64,000 nt of DNA from Polyangiaceae bacterium (GCA_965222375.1 CBDCTZ010000008.1:96001-160000), one strand, 5' to 3'; numbered from the stretch's first letter, positions 9,336 through 19,636 are shown. Translations and numbers: made by a program. The notes: generated by a model from the sequence alone, not told the origin.

Positions 9336-12300
9336 ATGCGAACCCGGCATCTCGCCGCCGACGCCCTCCTCAGCCTGACGCGCCTGCCGGACGCGATGGA
9401 CCGGAGCGCGAGCTTCCGACAGGCGGTGGCGGGATTGGGTCAAACCGTCCGCGTGGACGGGCCGCCTGCGTTGGATGGCGTGGATGTCGAGCAGCTTCGG
9501 CGCGCGGTGGCGATCGCCCTCGGCGCCGGGCTGGCCGATGAGCTGGACTGGATCGCCCCAAGCTCGTCGGCAGTGGCACTGTACGAGATGACGATATCCC
9601 TACCTGTCTGCAGTGAGCGCCGGGAACTCGGACGACGGGTGTTTTCGGCCATCTACGAAGGCAACGCGGCTACCTTCGCAGCGGTCGCATCGCGCATGGC
9701 CCTCGGCAGCGGCAAGCCCCTGGAGGCCGCCACTATGCGCGCGCGGATCGGGCTCGTGCTGGACTTGCCCGTCGGTTCCGCGGTCGACACCGGCGCACTG
9801 GCCTACAGTCTGGTCGCCCGGCGCGAGCTGGCTGAAAAGTGGGTCATTCGTCCCTCCGCGGGCGCCCTACCCCAACGTCGACTTGCGGCAAAACTGCTGG
9901 AGCACGCAGCTCGCGAAGCCGTGTACCGCGTCCAACAAGGCGACACGCTGCCACGGGACATTCTGGCGGGAGAGTTCGTGCGACCCGTGCGTCGGGCACT
10001 ACTCGCGGATCGTGAGCCTCTAGTCTGGCGCCATGCCGCCATCTCCCGCGGCTTGCTCGCCAGCGTGGACGACGCCCTCAAGAACCAAATCGAAGAGCGC
10101 CTCGACCCCAAGCTCACGCCGACGGAGTGGCGGCGCGCGGCAGTCTCCCTGGTGGCGAGCCTGGTCGGGGACCCGACGGGCGCCATGAAGTCGCTGACCA
10201 AGCTGCTCAAAAGCGACATCGTCAAACAAGATCCCGGCATGTTAGCGGCCATGGTCTGGGGCCTCCCTCCCGTGGTCGAAGCGGAGCCAGACGCCGCGGA
10301 GGAGCTGCTCGATCGTCTGAGCGCAAGCCGGCGGGCCGACGTGGCCGAGGCCGTGGCGCTGCTTTTCTCGGACGCTGCAGTGCGTATCGTCGGCGAGCGG
10401 GCGGCCGCCGTGCTCCGAGACGTGCTGGCCAAGTCCATGTCCGAACAGAGCCCCGCTTTGCTCGGCCTGACCCGCCGCTCGCTCTCGATCCTGGACCGAG
10501 AGGCCAACGCGACGCCCAGGCTGTCGGATGCAGTCAAAGCCGCGATGGTGTCCTACGAGTCCAAGGGTGCACGGCCTGCATTCGCGTTGGCGGAAGCCGC
10601 CTTGAGCCAATCGCTGAGCGTGGTGGAGCGCATCACGAAGCTCGATCCGCACTCGCCAGACTCCATCGCGGAACTGACCGAAGGCCTGTCTGACGTCGAT
10701 GCGGCGGTTTTCGAGCGAGCACGGCTGTACGACTTGCTGCTGCTCGGACGTCGCCCGGGAGAGACTGGGGCGACCGTAGAAGAGATAGAGACTCTCCACG
10801 ATGACCTGTCCGGCTACCTGCTCGATGCCGAGCAGTCTGCTGTCAGCGCACCGTGGTCGCGTTCCGGCGCCGTTGCGACCTCCCGACGCCTTCGGGCTTT
10901 ACTGCACTTGGTCGACGTTGATTCCTCCCGAAGCGACACCGAGGAAGGCGCCACGCGTGTCCGCTCGCGCTTGGTGCGCACGGTGGAAGTCCTCCTGGAC
11001 CGCATCGTTTCCGGGCCCGACGTGTCGGTCCGCAGGATCCTATGCGCCACTTTGGCTCGCAGCCTCGACGCGGCCGTTCGCGAAGGGGTCTTCGAACCCG
11101 CGGATGTGTTGCTCATCGTGGCGGACAACCTGGTGGAACGCCAAAGCGTGGAGACCCTGGCGGAAGCTTCGACGCACCCCGACGTTCGAAGTGCCACGGA
11201 CACCTACGCGCGCTTTCTAGACAAAGATGCGCAGCCAGGGCCCGAGTCTCTGCGGCACAACCTCGACTCCACGGCGCCGCCCTTGCGCCCGGAAGATGCA
11301 TCCACGGTTGCCCGGAGGGTAGCGCGCTTGGGCCGGATCTCCGCTGGGGGAACGCACCGAGCCGAGGCGCTGCGGCAGGCCCTGTTGCGCCTGGGCCGGG
11401 CCCTAGAAATGGTTGCAGCGGCGCGAGGCATGTCCGATCTGATCGACGCTTCGAGCGAGAGCGCCCCATTGGCTGAAATCGAGCGGGCCGCTGACGCACT
11501 ACGCCAGCTGCTGGAAGCCACCCGTCGGCGTGCCCTGGGTCGGGAAACCGCGGGTAGCATCACGATCGTGACGGATGTAGCGCCGCTATCGAGCTTGGTG
11601 GAGCGGGCGTCCTCGAGCGGCGTGCCGCCGAATCCGCAGCAGCTCACCATGGCGATCGCAGAGTTGATCGCCGACCTGCCGGATCCCGTCGCCTTGGCGA
11701 CCAAGCTGGTGCTGCTTCGATTGGGCGAACTGCCAAGCCAAGCACCAGAGGATGCAGGGCCCATCTTGTTGGGGCGGCGCCGAGCCGCGCTGCCCGATTG
11801 GCTGCTGCCTCGCCGCACCATTGGAGCCTTCTTCGTGACCCGCGCCTTGGGAACCGGCGGAGGCAGCAGTGTCTTCGTTGCCCGGCGCTTGGAGGATCGC
11901 CACGAGCCCAACGCGGAGTCTTTCGCGCTCAAGGTGCCACAGTACGATCCCACGACTGCCCGAAGCTTGTCGGAGCAAGAGTTCATGCAGTTGTTTCGTG
12001 AAGAGGCCACGGCCCTGTTGGCTTTGCCATCCCACGACAATCTCGCGCGTTTCGTGACCTTCGACTTGGCCGCACGCCCCAAGCCGATCTTGGTCATGGA
12101 GCTGATTCGCGGTGCGTCCATGGAGCGTCTGATTCGCAGCCGTAGCCTCACCGTGGAGCGCTCCTTCCAGTATTTGGACGGCATCCTGGCAGGGCTCGCC
12201 ATCATGCACGCGGAGGGCGTGGGCCACTTGGACGTCAAGCCGTCCAACGTCATTCTGCGAGACGGGGCTACGCCGGTGCTGGTGGACTTCGGATTGAGCG

Positions 12301-12713
12301 GTCGCCAGCTTCGACCCGGCTGCGGCACCCTGGAGTACTGCGCCCCGGAGGTGCTTGGCTTGGTGCCGGACGGCCACATCCCGTCACCCAGCGCGGCTGA
12401 CGTGTATGCCTTTGGCGCCTTCGCCTTCGAGCTGCTGACCGGGCGGCACCTCTTCGACGCCGAAGATGAAACCCACCTTGCCGCGCAGCATGTGGCCCAC
12501 GACGGCTGGCCCCCGCCCTTGGCTGCCCTCAGCCACAGCCGACCGGAACTGTCGGACCTCGCGGTGCTGATGGCAGCGTGTCTGCGACGGGATCCACGAG
12601 AGCGAGCCAGCGTAGGTGCCTTGCGCACGCAGTTGGCAAAGATTGCGGGCCCGCTGACGGAGCGAGCATGGCCTGTGGACGCTACTGACGGCACCACCTC
12701 TAGCCGAGGTTGA
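9336..12713 (+). CDS. Large Ser/Thr protein kinase with long helical N-terminus and C-terminal kinase domain
   Basis: LGTGGGSSV, ALKV, HLDVKPSN, DFG, GTLEYCAPE and DVYAFG motifs. Confidence 0.9.
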   Translation: MRTRHLAADALLSLTRLPDAMDRSASFRQAVAGLGQTVRVDGPPALDGVDVEQLRRAVAIALGAGLADELDWIAPSSSAVALYEMTISLPVCSERRELGRRVFSAIYEGNAATFAAVASRMALGSGKPLEAATMRARIGLVLDLPVGSAVDTGALAYSLVARRELAEKWVIRPSAGALPQRRLAAKLLEHAAREAVYRVQQGDTLPRDILAGEFVRPVRRALLADREPLVWRHAAISRGLLASVDDALKNQIEERLDPKLTPTEWRRAAVSLVASLVGDPTGAMKSLTKLLKSDIVKQDPGMLAAMVWGLPPVVEAEPDAAEELLDRLSASRRADVAEAVALLFSDAAVRIVGERAAAVLRDVLAKSMSEQSPALLGLTRRSLSILDREANATPRLSDAVKAAMVSYESKGARPAFALAEAALSQSLSVVERITKLDPHSPDSIAELTEGLSDVDAAVFERARLYDLLLLGRRPGETGATVEEIETLHDDLSGYLLDAEQSAVSAPWSRSGAVATSRRLRALLHLVDVDSSRSDTEEGATRVRSRLVRTVEVLLDRIVSGPDVSVRRILCATLARSLDAAVREGVFEPADVLLIVADNLVERQSVETLAEASTHPDVRSATDTYARFLDKDAQPGPESLRHNLDSTAPPLRPEDASTVARRVARLGRISAGGTHRAEALRQALLRLGRALEMVAAARGMSDLIDASSESAPLAEIERAADALRQLLEATRRRALGRETAGSITIVTDVAPLSSLVERASSSGVPPNPQQLTMAIAELIADLPDPVALATKLVLLRLGELPSQAPEDAGPILLGRRRAALPDWLLPRRTIGAFFVTRALGTGGGSSVFVARRLEDRHEPNAESFALKVPQYDPTTARSLSEQEFMQLFREEATALLALPSHDNLARFVTFDLAARPKPILVMELIRGASMERLIRSRSLTVERSFQYLDGILAGLAIMHAEGVGHLDVKPSNVILRDGATPVLVDFGLSGRQLRPGCGTLEYCAPEVLGLVPDGHIPSPSAADVYAFGAFAFELLTGRHLFDAEDETHLAAQHVAHDGWPPPLAALSHSRPELSDLAVLMAACLRRDPRERASVGALRTQLAKIAGPLTERAWPVDATDGTTSSRG

Positions 12714-12717
12714 CGCC

Positions 12718-13302
12718 GTGGATCGCACCTACCGTCTATGCCGAGGATCCTTCGCCGCCATCGTGGCCGCATTGCTGACAATCCCCGTGGGCTGTAGCTG
12801 CGAGGAGGAATCTAGCGCCGCCATCATCATCAGCTCTGGCACGGGCACCACGACGCCACGTTCGTTTTCTCCGCGCACGGCACTGGTGGAGTACGTCGAG
12901 GTTCCCGGCGTCAAGAATGAGCTCATCATCACCCTGGCCAGCGATTCGGTGCCCTGCGGGGAGTTCCGCCCCGCCGCCCGCGACGCGGTTCGCGTCAGCG
13001 TGACCTTGGTACTGCCCCCAGACGCAGTGCCTGAAGCCTCGAGCTACTCGGCGGCCGCAGCCGGCGGCGATTCGAGCAGCCGGCCTTCACGCGTGATCAC
13101 CACGCTACGCACCGGCGCCAAGAGCCGCGTTTTGCCGCCGGGCGGCTATGTCGAGCTCCGCCAGGTGGATCTGAGCCTCGGAGGCCAGGTGAGCGGGATC
13201 CTCGCGCTCGAGTTCGCGGGTACCGCCGAGCTGCCGCCTGCCGCGGTGCGTGGTCGGTTCACGGGCAAGATCTGCCGTCTGGATCGCCGGAGCGCTCCTT
13301 GA
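12718..13302 (+). CDS. Hypothetical lipoprotein
   Basis: Hydrophobic N-terminus with VGC; lies 4 bp after the kinase. Confidence 0.65.
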   Translation: MDRTYRLCRGSFAAIVAALLTIPVGCSCEEESSAAIIISSGTGTTTPRSFSPRTALVEYVEVPGVKNELIITLASDSVPCGEFRPAARDAVRVSVTLVLPPDAVPEASSYSAAAAGGDSSSRPSRVITTLRTGAKSRVLPPGGYVELRQVDLSLGGQVSGILALEFAGTAELPPAAVRGRFTGKICRLDRRSAP

Positions 13303-14534
13303 GTTGGTTTTCGCTGCATCGGCGTGACCTGCCCATGGTGAGGCGCCTCGGTGGTGTCATCGCGTGCGCCAATCTGGCCGAGGTCGTCGCGGAGGGGGCG
13401 GTCACTGCCGCCTTCCTCGCCCGGGTGGGTGCCCAGGGGCTGCCGATGGCGATTGCGCTTCGCGCCGTTGTCGAAATCACCACGGCGCTGAGCTACGATC
13501 GGATGACCCGCAATGTCACGCCGCTGCGGACCCTGCAGATCACCCAGCTCCTGTCCGCGGCAGTCCTCGCAAGCTCAGCCTTCGCCCTAGGCGAGGCTTG
13601 GAGCGCCTACGCGGTATTCGTCGTGGTCAGTTCCCTGGCTCGTTTGCGCGTGATTCACTTTGGCGTGCTGGCCTTGGGGCACCTCGGCAGCGCTGCTCCG
13701 CGTGCGTTGCCCGTCGTATACGCCTGCGGCCGAGGCGGCGCGATTCTAGCCGGCCCGCTGCTGGCGGGATCCGCGGGCATTGGCTTGGCTCCGCTGATGG
13801 CCGTGGCCGCCCTGAGCCAATTCGTGGGCTTGTTGTGGCTGAAGCGAGGTGCCGCGCAGGGCGCTCCTCCAAGTACCTCGCGGGCGGCGCTGCAAGACGA
13901 AGACGCTCCGCCGTCAGCACTGCCCCAGACCACCGCTCGCTTGGCCGGGGATCACTTGGTCTATGCCATCTTGGCCGGAACCGTAGCCCTCGCCTTGGGG
14001 CGGGTTTCGCTGACGACCCAGAGCGGGGCAATCCTGGAAGCCAACTTCGACGAGCAAGCGTTAACCCGAGTTTTCGGGATCTACTTCGCCGTCGCCAATG
14101 TAGTTGCCCTGGCCTTGCAGTTGGGCTGGGTGGGACGCGTGCTGAGTCGGGGCGCTCTGCCTCTTCTGAATTCGGGTTGGGCGTTTTTCTACGTGGTGGC
14201 TCAGGCGGGTCTGGTCTGGCTGCCTCCGACGGTGCCCCTCGCCTTGGGGGCGCGCAGCGTCGAAGGCGAGTTGCGCAACGCCGTCAGAACGCCCGTGGCC
14301 AACCTGCTCTACGATGTCCTGCCAGTGAGCCAGCAACCCAGGAGCCGCACCCTCGTGATCGGCGTGGCACTTCCCGCTGCCACGTTTTTGGGAGGCCTGT
14401 CGCTGACGCTGCTTGGCCCCACTTCTGAGCGCCTTGGGATCCTGGGAGTGAGCGCCGCGCTGATCTTGCTGGCCACGACTCTGGTGCAAAACCGACTCTG
14501 GAGCCGCGCGAACGTTGACATGGCGACTAAATAG
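13299..14534 (+). CDS. Polytopic membrane protein, MFS-like
   Basis: About 12 hydrophobic segments in a 6+6 layout; overlaps the upstream stop. Confidence 0.7.
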   Translation: MSWFSLHRRDLPMVRRLGGVIACANLAEVVAEGAVTAAFLARVGAQGLPMAIALRAVVEITTALSYDRMTRNVTPLRTLQITQLLSAAVLASSAFALGEAWSAYAVFVVVSSLARLRVIHFGVLALGHLGSAAPRALPVVYACGRGGAILAGPLLAGSAGIGLAPLMAVAALSQFVGLLWLKRGAAQGAPPSTSRAALQDEDAPPSALPQTTARLAGDHLVYAILAGTVALALGRVSLTTQSGAILEANFDEQALTRVFGIYFAVANVVALALQLGWVGRVLSRGALPLLNSGWAFFYVVAQAGLVWLPPTVPLALGARSVEGELRNAVRTPVANLLYDVLPVSQQPRSRTLVIGVALPAATFLGGLSLTLLGPTSERLGILGVSAALILLATTLVQNRLWSRANVDMATK

Positions 14535-14645
14535 TTAATAATTTTCAATATTTATATATACGCATCAAGCCGCGCAAGGGCTGCCGCGGCGACGGCCGCT
14601 CTGGTTGAAACAGGGGTGCATTCAGCCTAACGTCGCGACCCGACG

Positions 14646-16616
14646 ATGCGACGAGTGCGGCTGAGTGTTCGCGGGAAGATCATGGGCACGATCATCGCCG
14701 TCGCCATGCTGGTGCTGGCGATGGGCGCCTGGGCTGCCTACGACGCCGTGACCAGCACGGGCGGGCGCGGCGGCGCGGTGCTCGAGAAGCACTTCCTGCG
14801 CTACAAGGCTGGCCTGGCGAACTCTGGAACCCATGAATACGCCGTCACGCGCTTGGTGGCATCGGATCCGAGCTTGGCAGCAGCCCTGGAAGCGGGTGAA
14901 CCCCCTCAGGTCATCGAAGTCGCGAAGCGCGTCGTCGAGTCTCTCCAGGGCACGGTCGCTCCAGACATTCTCACCGTCTCGAATGCCACCGGGTCGACCT
15001 ACGTGGGCGGGGGCCTACGCCCCATCGCTGGCCCTGAATACCGCGCCTCGCGCCTGTTTTCGGACTTGCGCGAAGGCAAAGGCATTCGCGGCAAGATCGC
15101 GATGATCAAGGGCAAACCCTTCCGCGTCAGTGGCGCGCCCGTGAAGTCCGGTGGCCGCATCGTGGGCACGGTCATGTTGGGGCAGCGACTGGATACCTGG
15201 TTTCGAGATGTCGCGGCCAATAGCGGCTCCGACAAGCCCGAAAAGCAGCACCGCTTCTCTTTGGTCGCTGGGGACAAGGTGCTCGCCAGCGCATTGCCCA
15301 AGGACCAATGGGACGCCCTGGCCAAAGCCGCGGCCAGCCCCAAGGTTGCCAAGGAAGGCAAAACCAAGGTCCCGGTCTTGGAGTTCAACGGCAAGACCTG
15401 GGACCAGTGGCGAGAGCCCGTGTATGGCTACTACCGGGGTTCGGATCCCGACGTGACCCAAATCGGCACCTTGATCATGATCCGAACCCGTTCCCACCAA
15501 ACCGCCAAGATCCGTGGTGCAGTTGGGGGCATGGCGTTGGTCTTCGGGGTGGCGCTCTTGCTCGCCCTGATCGTGGGTTACGCCCTGGCAGTGCAGATCA
15601 CCCGGCCGTTGCGCAAGTACATCGTGGCGACGGAGGATCTGACCCGAGGCGAGGCCGATCTCACCAAACGGCTCGAGGTCGAAACCAACGACGAATTGGG
15701 ACAGCTCGCCGGCAACCTCAACCGTGTATTCGCCAAGACCCACAGCCTGGCCTCAGGTGTACAGAGAACCGCATTCCAGGTCGGCACATCCAGCGGCGAA
15801 GTCAGCAGCATCAGCAAGCAGATGCTCGACGGCTCCAAAGAGCAGGCGGGTCGGATCACCAGTTCCACCGCCGCCGTGACGGAACTCTCATCGTCGATCC
15901 AGCAGGTCGCCGAAAACGCAGCTGAAGCGACGCGCACCGCCAAGCAGAGCGGCGAGGCCGTGACCCGTGCCATCGCCCGGCTGTCGCAGATCCGCAAGAC
16001 CGTCGAGGATGCCGCGTCCCGCATCGCCACCCTGGGCGAGAGTGGCAAACGCATCGGCAACATCGTGGAGGTGATTCGCCAGATCAGCGAACAGACCACC
16101 ATGTTGGCGCTCAACGCCGCCATCGAGGCGGCCCACGCCGGGGAGCATGGCCGCGGATTCGCCGTCGTGGCCGATGAAGTGAGTTCACTGGCCAAGCGAA
16201 CCGGCCAGAGTGCCCGGGACATCGAAGATCTCATCGCCACCATCCGCGACCAAACCGGTGAAGCCGTGCGGGTCATGCAGGACGGCACCCGAGAGGTGGA
16301 AGAAGGTACTGGGCTGGTCGAGACCACACTCGCGGATCTGAAGATCTTGGTCAGCGTGATCGACGACACTGCGGCCGCCGTTCAAGAGCAGGCCATTGCC
16401 AGCGACGAAATCGCTCGCAACATGGACGCCGTGCAGCGCATCGCCACGTCTGTGCTCGCTTCGAGCGAGACCGCCGTCTCCCAGGGCGACAAACTGCAGG
16501 GCTTGGCCGAGGCGCTCGACCAGAGCGTGCGGGGCTTTCACATCGACCCAGAACAGGCCGCCATCGACGAGGCCGAACTCAAAGCGCTCCCGGCGCCCAA
16601 AGGAAAACCCGCATGA
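14646..16616 (+). CDS. Methyl-accepting chemotaxis protein
   Basis: Two TMs, HAMP (DLTKRL..NDELGQL) and the ALNAAIEAAHAGEHGRGFAVVADEV hairpin. Confidence 0.95.
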   Translation: MRRVRLSVRGKIMGTIIAVAMLVLAMGAWAAYDAVTSTGGRGGAVLEKHFLRYKAGLANSGTHEYAVTRLVASDPSLAAALEAGEPPQVIEVAKRVVESLQGTVAPDILTVSNATGSTYVGGGLRPIAGPEYRASRLFSDLREGKGIRGKIAMIKGKPFRVSGAPVKSGGRIVGTVMLGQRLDTWFRDVAANSGSDKPEKQHRFSLVAGDKVLASALPKDQWDALAKAAASPKVAKEGKTKVPVLEFNGKTWDQWREPVYGYYRGSDPDVTQIGTLIMIRTRSHQTAKIRGAVGGMALVFGVALLLALIVGYALAVQITRPLRKYIVATEDLTRGEADLTKRLEVETNDELGQLAGNLNRVFAKTHSLASGVQRTAFQVGTSSGEVSSISKQMLDGSKEQAGRITSSTAAVTELSSSIQQVAENAAEATRTAKQSGEAVTRAIARLSQIRKTVEDAASRIATLGESGKRIGNIVEVIRQISEQTTMLALNAAIEAAHAGEHGRGFAVVADEVSSLAKRTGQSARDIEDLIATIRDQTGEAVRVMQDGTREVEEGTGLVETTLADLKILVSVIDDTAAAVQEQAIASDEIARNMDAVQRIATSVLASSETAVSQGDKLQGLAEALDQSVRGFHIDPEQAAIDEAELKALPAPKGKPA

Positions 16617-17305
16617 CCCCAGACTTTTGCCGCACGCGGCTTGCTCTAGTAGCGCTGGCGGTGTGCGGGGCCACGGCGGTCAGTTGTGGAAGCGACGACG
16701 ACTCAAACCCGCCGGCACCTCCGACGCCCCCGACGATGAAAATTACCTCGCTCACGTCTGGTGGCGGCCCGCAGTGGAAACCCGGCGACGCCGACAACTG
16801 CGTCGAACGCGGCAGAGACGACAAGGGCACCGTCGTGCTCACCGTTGCCCTGACTGACTTCATCCTGCGCCCACCGAATACCTGCGCCGTGAGCGCCTGC
16901 GGCCAGCTGCGCCTGCGAATCGATCCCAGCGGCGAGACCGAAACGGCGCGCATCGACGCCGCCCAAACCGCCGTCGACGTGCCCATGGCCGACCTGCCAG
17001 ATGGCAGCCATGTCTTGCGCGCCGAGCTGTACTTCAACAGTGACAAAGCCGCGCTGGATGCCGACAAGAACCCAGTCGTCGACGAAGTCAGCATCGATCT
17101 GAAGCCCGTCGGCGGCTGCGGCGGAGCGACGGACGCGGGCACCGATGCCGCAAGCGATGCCGGCGCAGAGGGCGGAACCGATGCCGCTGTGGACGCCGCG
17201 ACCGAATCCGGCACGGATGCCGCCGCGGACGCCACCGCAGACACGGGCACCGACGCACTCCAAGAGGTCGGCACCGACGCCGCCAGCGACGCCAGCAGCG
17301 ACTGA
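16613..17305 (+). CDS. Hypothetical lipoprotein with DAG/TDA low-complexity tail
   Basis: Lipobox AVSC; ATGA overlap with the MCP. Confidence 0.75.
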   Translation: MTPDFCRTRLALVALAVCGATAVSCGSDDDSNPPAPPTPPTMKITSLTSGGGPQWKPGDADNCVERGRDDKGTVVLTVALTDFILRPPNTCAVSACGQLRLRIDPSGETETARIDAAQTAVDVPMADLPDGSHVLRAELYFNSDKAALDADKNPVVDEVSIDLKPVGGCGGATDAGTDAASDAGAEGGTDAAVDAATESGTDAAADATADTGTDALQEVGTDAASDASSD

Positions 17306-17648
17306 ACTGCGCGCGCGTTTCTGAGATTGGGTTGGGGGTCGAGCCCTGGGGCGGCGCTGGGGCCCTAATCTCGCGCTAGGGCGAGCCTGGGCGCAGGCGC
17401 AAGGGTGAGCGCGTGAGTCGGCGTGGGCGGTTGCACCAGCTGGGTCGCGACGCGTCAGCTCTTTAGCAGCCACCCATGCGAGCGGAAGGCGACCGGAAGG
17501 CGCGTGCGCGAGGGCGTGAGCGGGTGAGCCCGTGAAGCGCGAGCACGGTTGGGCCTCGCAGCATAGGATCGTCCACGTTGACAAGCGAGCAGACCCTCAG
17601 TGAAGACCGCGGATTGACTGCGAGGCGCAGGGCTCGGATCATCTTCGG

Positions 17649-18059
17649 GTGCAGGTGCGTCGGGCCCGGCCGTCGGATGCGGCGAGCGTTGTGCAGCTCT
17701 TGGTCGAACTCGGCTACGAAGCTGACGAGCCCGCGTTGGGCGAACGTCTACGTCGCGACGAGTCACTAGTGTGGTTGGCCGTACAGGATGCGGAGGTCAT
17801 CGGACTGCTGGCGGCCTACGTTGCCCCGTACTTCCCGCGCGGTGTCGAGCTGATGCGAATCACGGCACTGGTGGTGACCGCTCAGCGGCGCAGGAGCGGT
17901 GTTGGCAAAACCTTGGTCGATGCGGCGCGCGGGCATGCACGTCGATGCGGCGTGAGCGCACTGGAGGTCACGACGGACGAGCGCCGTTGCGCTGCGCACG
18001 GATTCTACGAAGCGCTGGGCTTCACGCACACCTCGCGGCGCTACTGGCAAGACCTATGA
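17649..18059 (+). CDS. GNAT family N-acetyltransferase
   Basis: LVV...RRSGVGKTL and AHGFYEALGF motifs. Confidence 0.9.
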   Translation: MQVRRARPSDAASVVQLLVELGYEADEPALGERLRRDESLVWLAVQDAEVIGLLAAYVAPYFPRGVELMRITALVVTAQRRRSGVGKTLVDAARGHARRCGVSALEVTTDERRCAAHGFYEALGFTHTSRRYWQDL

Positions 18060-18107
18060 CAGCTGCACCACGAGACGGCATCTCCGCCGTCGTCAGCGCA
18101 GTCGGCT

Positions 18108-19349
18108 TCAAGCGGGTGGCAAAGCTCGTTTGGCAGGGCAGAGCAAAGCGAGCGCTTCGCGCAGCAGGACTTCGAGTTCCGGTTCAGTTCGGCGCTTTCG
18201 CAGTGTTTCCAGGGCATCTTTGACCTGCTTGCGCTTGAAGCCAGATCCGATCAGCGCCTTGGTAGCTTTCGTGTGGGTCTGGGCTTCGCGCCGCTTGCGC
18301 TCGATGTGCTCTTCGCCGAACTCACGCCGAGCGGCGTCGAGGTTGTGGGGCTTACACAGCAAGCAGAGGTTCTCTGCGGTGGGCGGACCGCCGCGGGCAT
18401 GCGGATCGACGTGTTCTAGAGTCACGTAACGCCGCTCGCTGCAGCGCCGACCGTGCGCGTCGACAAAGGTGCATTGTGACTCGTCGCGCTCCCACACCTC
18501 TCTAGCCACGGAAACCGGCACGTGTCGTGAGCCTTCTTTGAGTGGCCGGAGCTTGCGGGGCTTGTCGCTCACAGCGCCCTGTCGCCACTTGTCGCTTACA
18601 ACGCCCAGTCGGCGCTTGGTCTCCTTCGCGATCAGCTCGTCCAACGCGCGCTCGAAGAGCTCCCCCAGATTCCCCGGCGCGACAGCGTGGCTGAGCAAGT
18701 TCTGCACGTGCTCGAGCTTCGCGTGAAGCTCCGCGCTGGCCGTGAATTCCACGCGGTAGCTCTGTGCGGAGAGCGGCTGCACTCGGCTCCGCGCGCCGTC
18801 CGCTCGTTCGGGGGCAGCGCCATCCGCGGACTGAACGCCATCTACTCGCTGGCTCGTCGTAGGAGGTGGACCCGACTCAGAACCGCTTACGCCGGTCCCA
18901 GGACCGGTAGAATCCGCTCCTAGCGGAGTGATGCTCGGCAGCACATCCGACTTGGGAAACCATCGGGCGATCACTAGCTCGATTTCGCGGCGCGTCTTGC
19001 CTCGGGCTTCGGCGAGCAGCGGACCGGCGTTGTCTTCGGTTAGGTGCCCAGAGAGCAGAAACAGCCCGGTCAGGTGGATGGACCCGCTCGTCAATTCGTC
19101 GAGGATCTGCGGCAGCTCCCGATACAGACGCGCCACGCGCATTCGCTTCCGGGCCGCGTCCTCCGAGTAGCCGAGCCGCTGGATGCAGAAAGTGTAGAGT
19201 GAGGAGCAAGCCTCACGCAGGAACAGCCTTCGGCGGTCGACTTCCGCCAGGTAGGCAATGACTTCCGCGATCGCCCGACGCTCCTTCGAGCAGAGCACCG
19301 GGAGCCCCACGAGGAGTTGTTCGTTGCTGAGAGAGGCGAGAGTGTCCAT
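18108..19349 (-). CDS. HNH endonuclease with DUF222-like helical N-terminus and RuvA-C-like tail
   Basis: ERDESQC..C..LEHVDPHARGG..ENLCLLCKPHN; C-terminal KALIGSGFK..LLREAL. Confidence 0.88.
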   Translation of the reverse strand: MDTLASLSNEQLLVGLPVLCSKERRAIAEVIAYLAEVDRRRLFLREACSSLYTFCIQRLGYSEDAARKRMRVARLYRELPQILDELTSGSIHLTGLFLLSGHLTEDNAGPLLAEARGKTRREIELVIARWFPKSDVLPSITPLGADSTGPGTGVSGSESGPPPTTSQRVDGVQSADGAAPERADGARSRVQPLSAQSYRVEFTASAELHAKLEHVQNLLSHAVAPGNLGELFERALDELIAKETKRRLGVVSDKWRQGAVSDKPRKLRPLKEGSRHVPVSVAREVWERDESQCTFVDAHGRRCSERRYVTLEHVDPHARGGPPTAENLCLLCKPHNLDAARREFGEEHIERKRREAQTHTKATKALIGSGFKRKQVKDALETLRKRRTEPELEVLLREALALLCPAKRALPPA

Positions 19350-19636
19350 GTTTCTTTCGTAACATGGGGTTATTTACCTTCACTGCAGGCCCACAGTGGG
19401 CGTTTCGGCAATGCACCTGGCGACGAAGTCGTTTCGAAGCCGAAGCGACCTTGGGCTTCAATCTCGCGCGCGCACGGCACGCTTGAGTCGCTTGTGTCGA
19501 AGTTGAGAACGGCGCGGCCCAGAAACCCGTCAAGCACAAAGTGGGTCACAGGGGCAGAAATTCTTCGTCACTCGTGCGCGCACTTCGCGATTGTCCTCTG
19601 ACAACTTCGGCGTCGGCGCCCCGGCGGAGCTGCGGA

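Noticed and set aside
11204..12781. Long antisense or alternate-frame ORFs (also 35222-37312, 3305-4570 and others)
   Set aside because: Shadow ORFs typical of high-GC DNA, overlapping genes with clear motifs
17130..17305. Short ACCGATGCC-like repeats
   Set aside because: They encode a low-complexity TDAA/DAG protein tail
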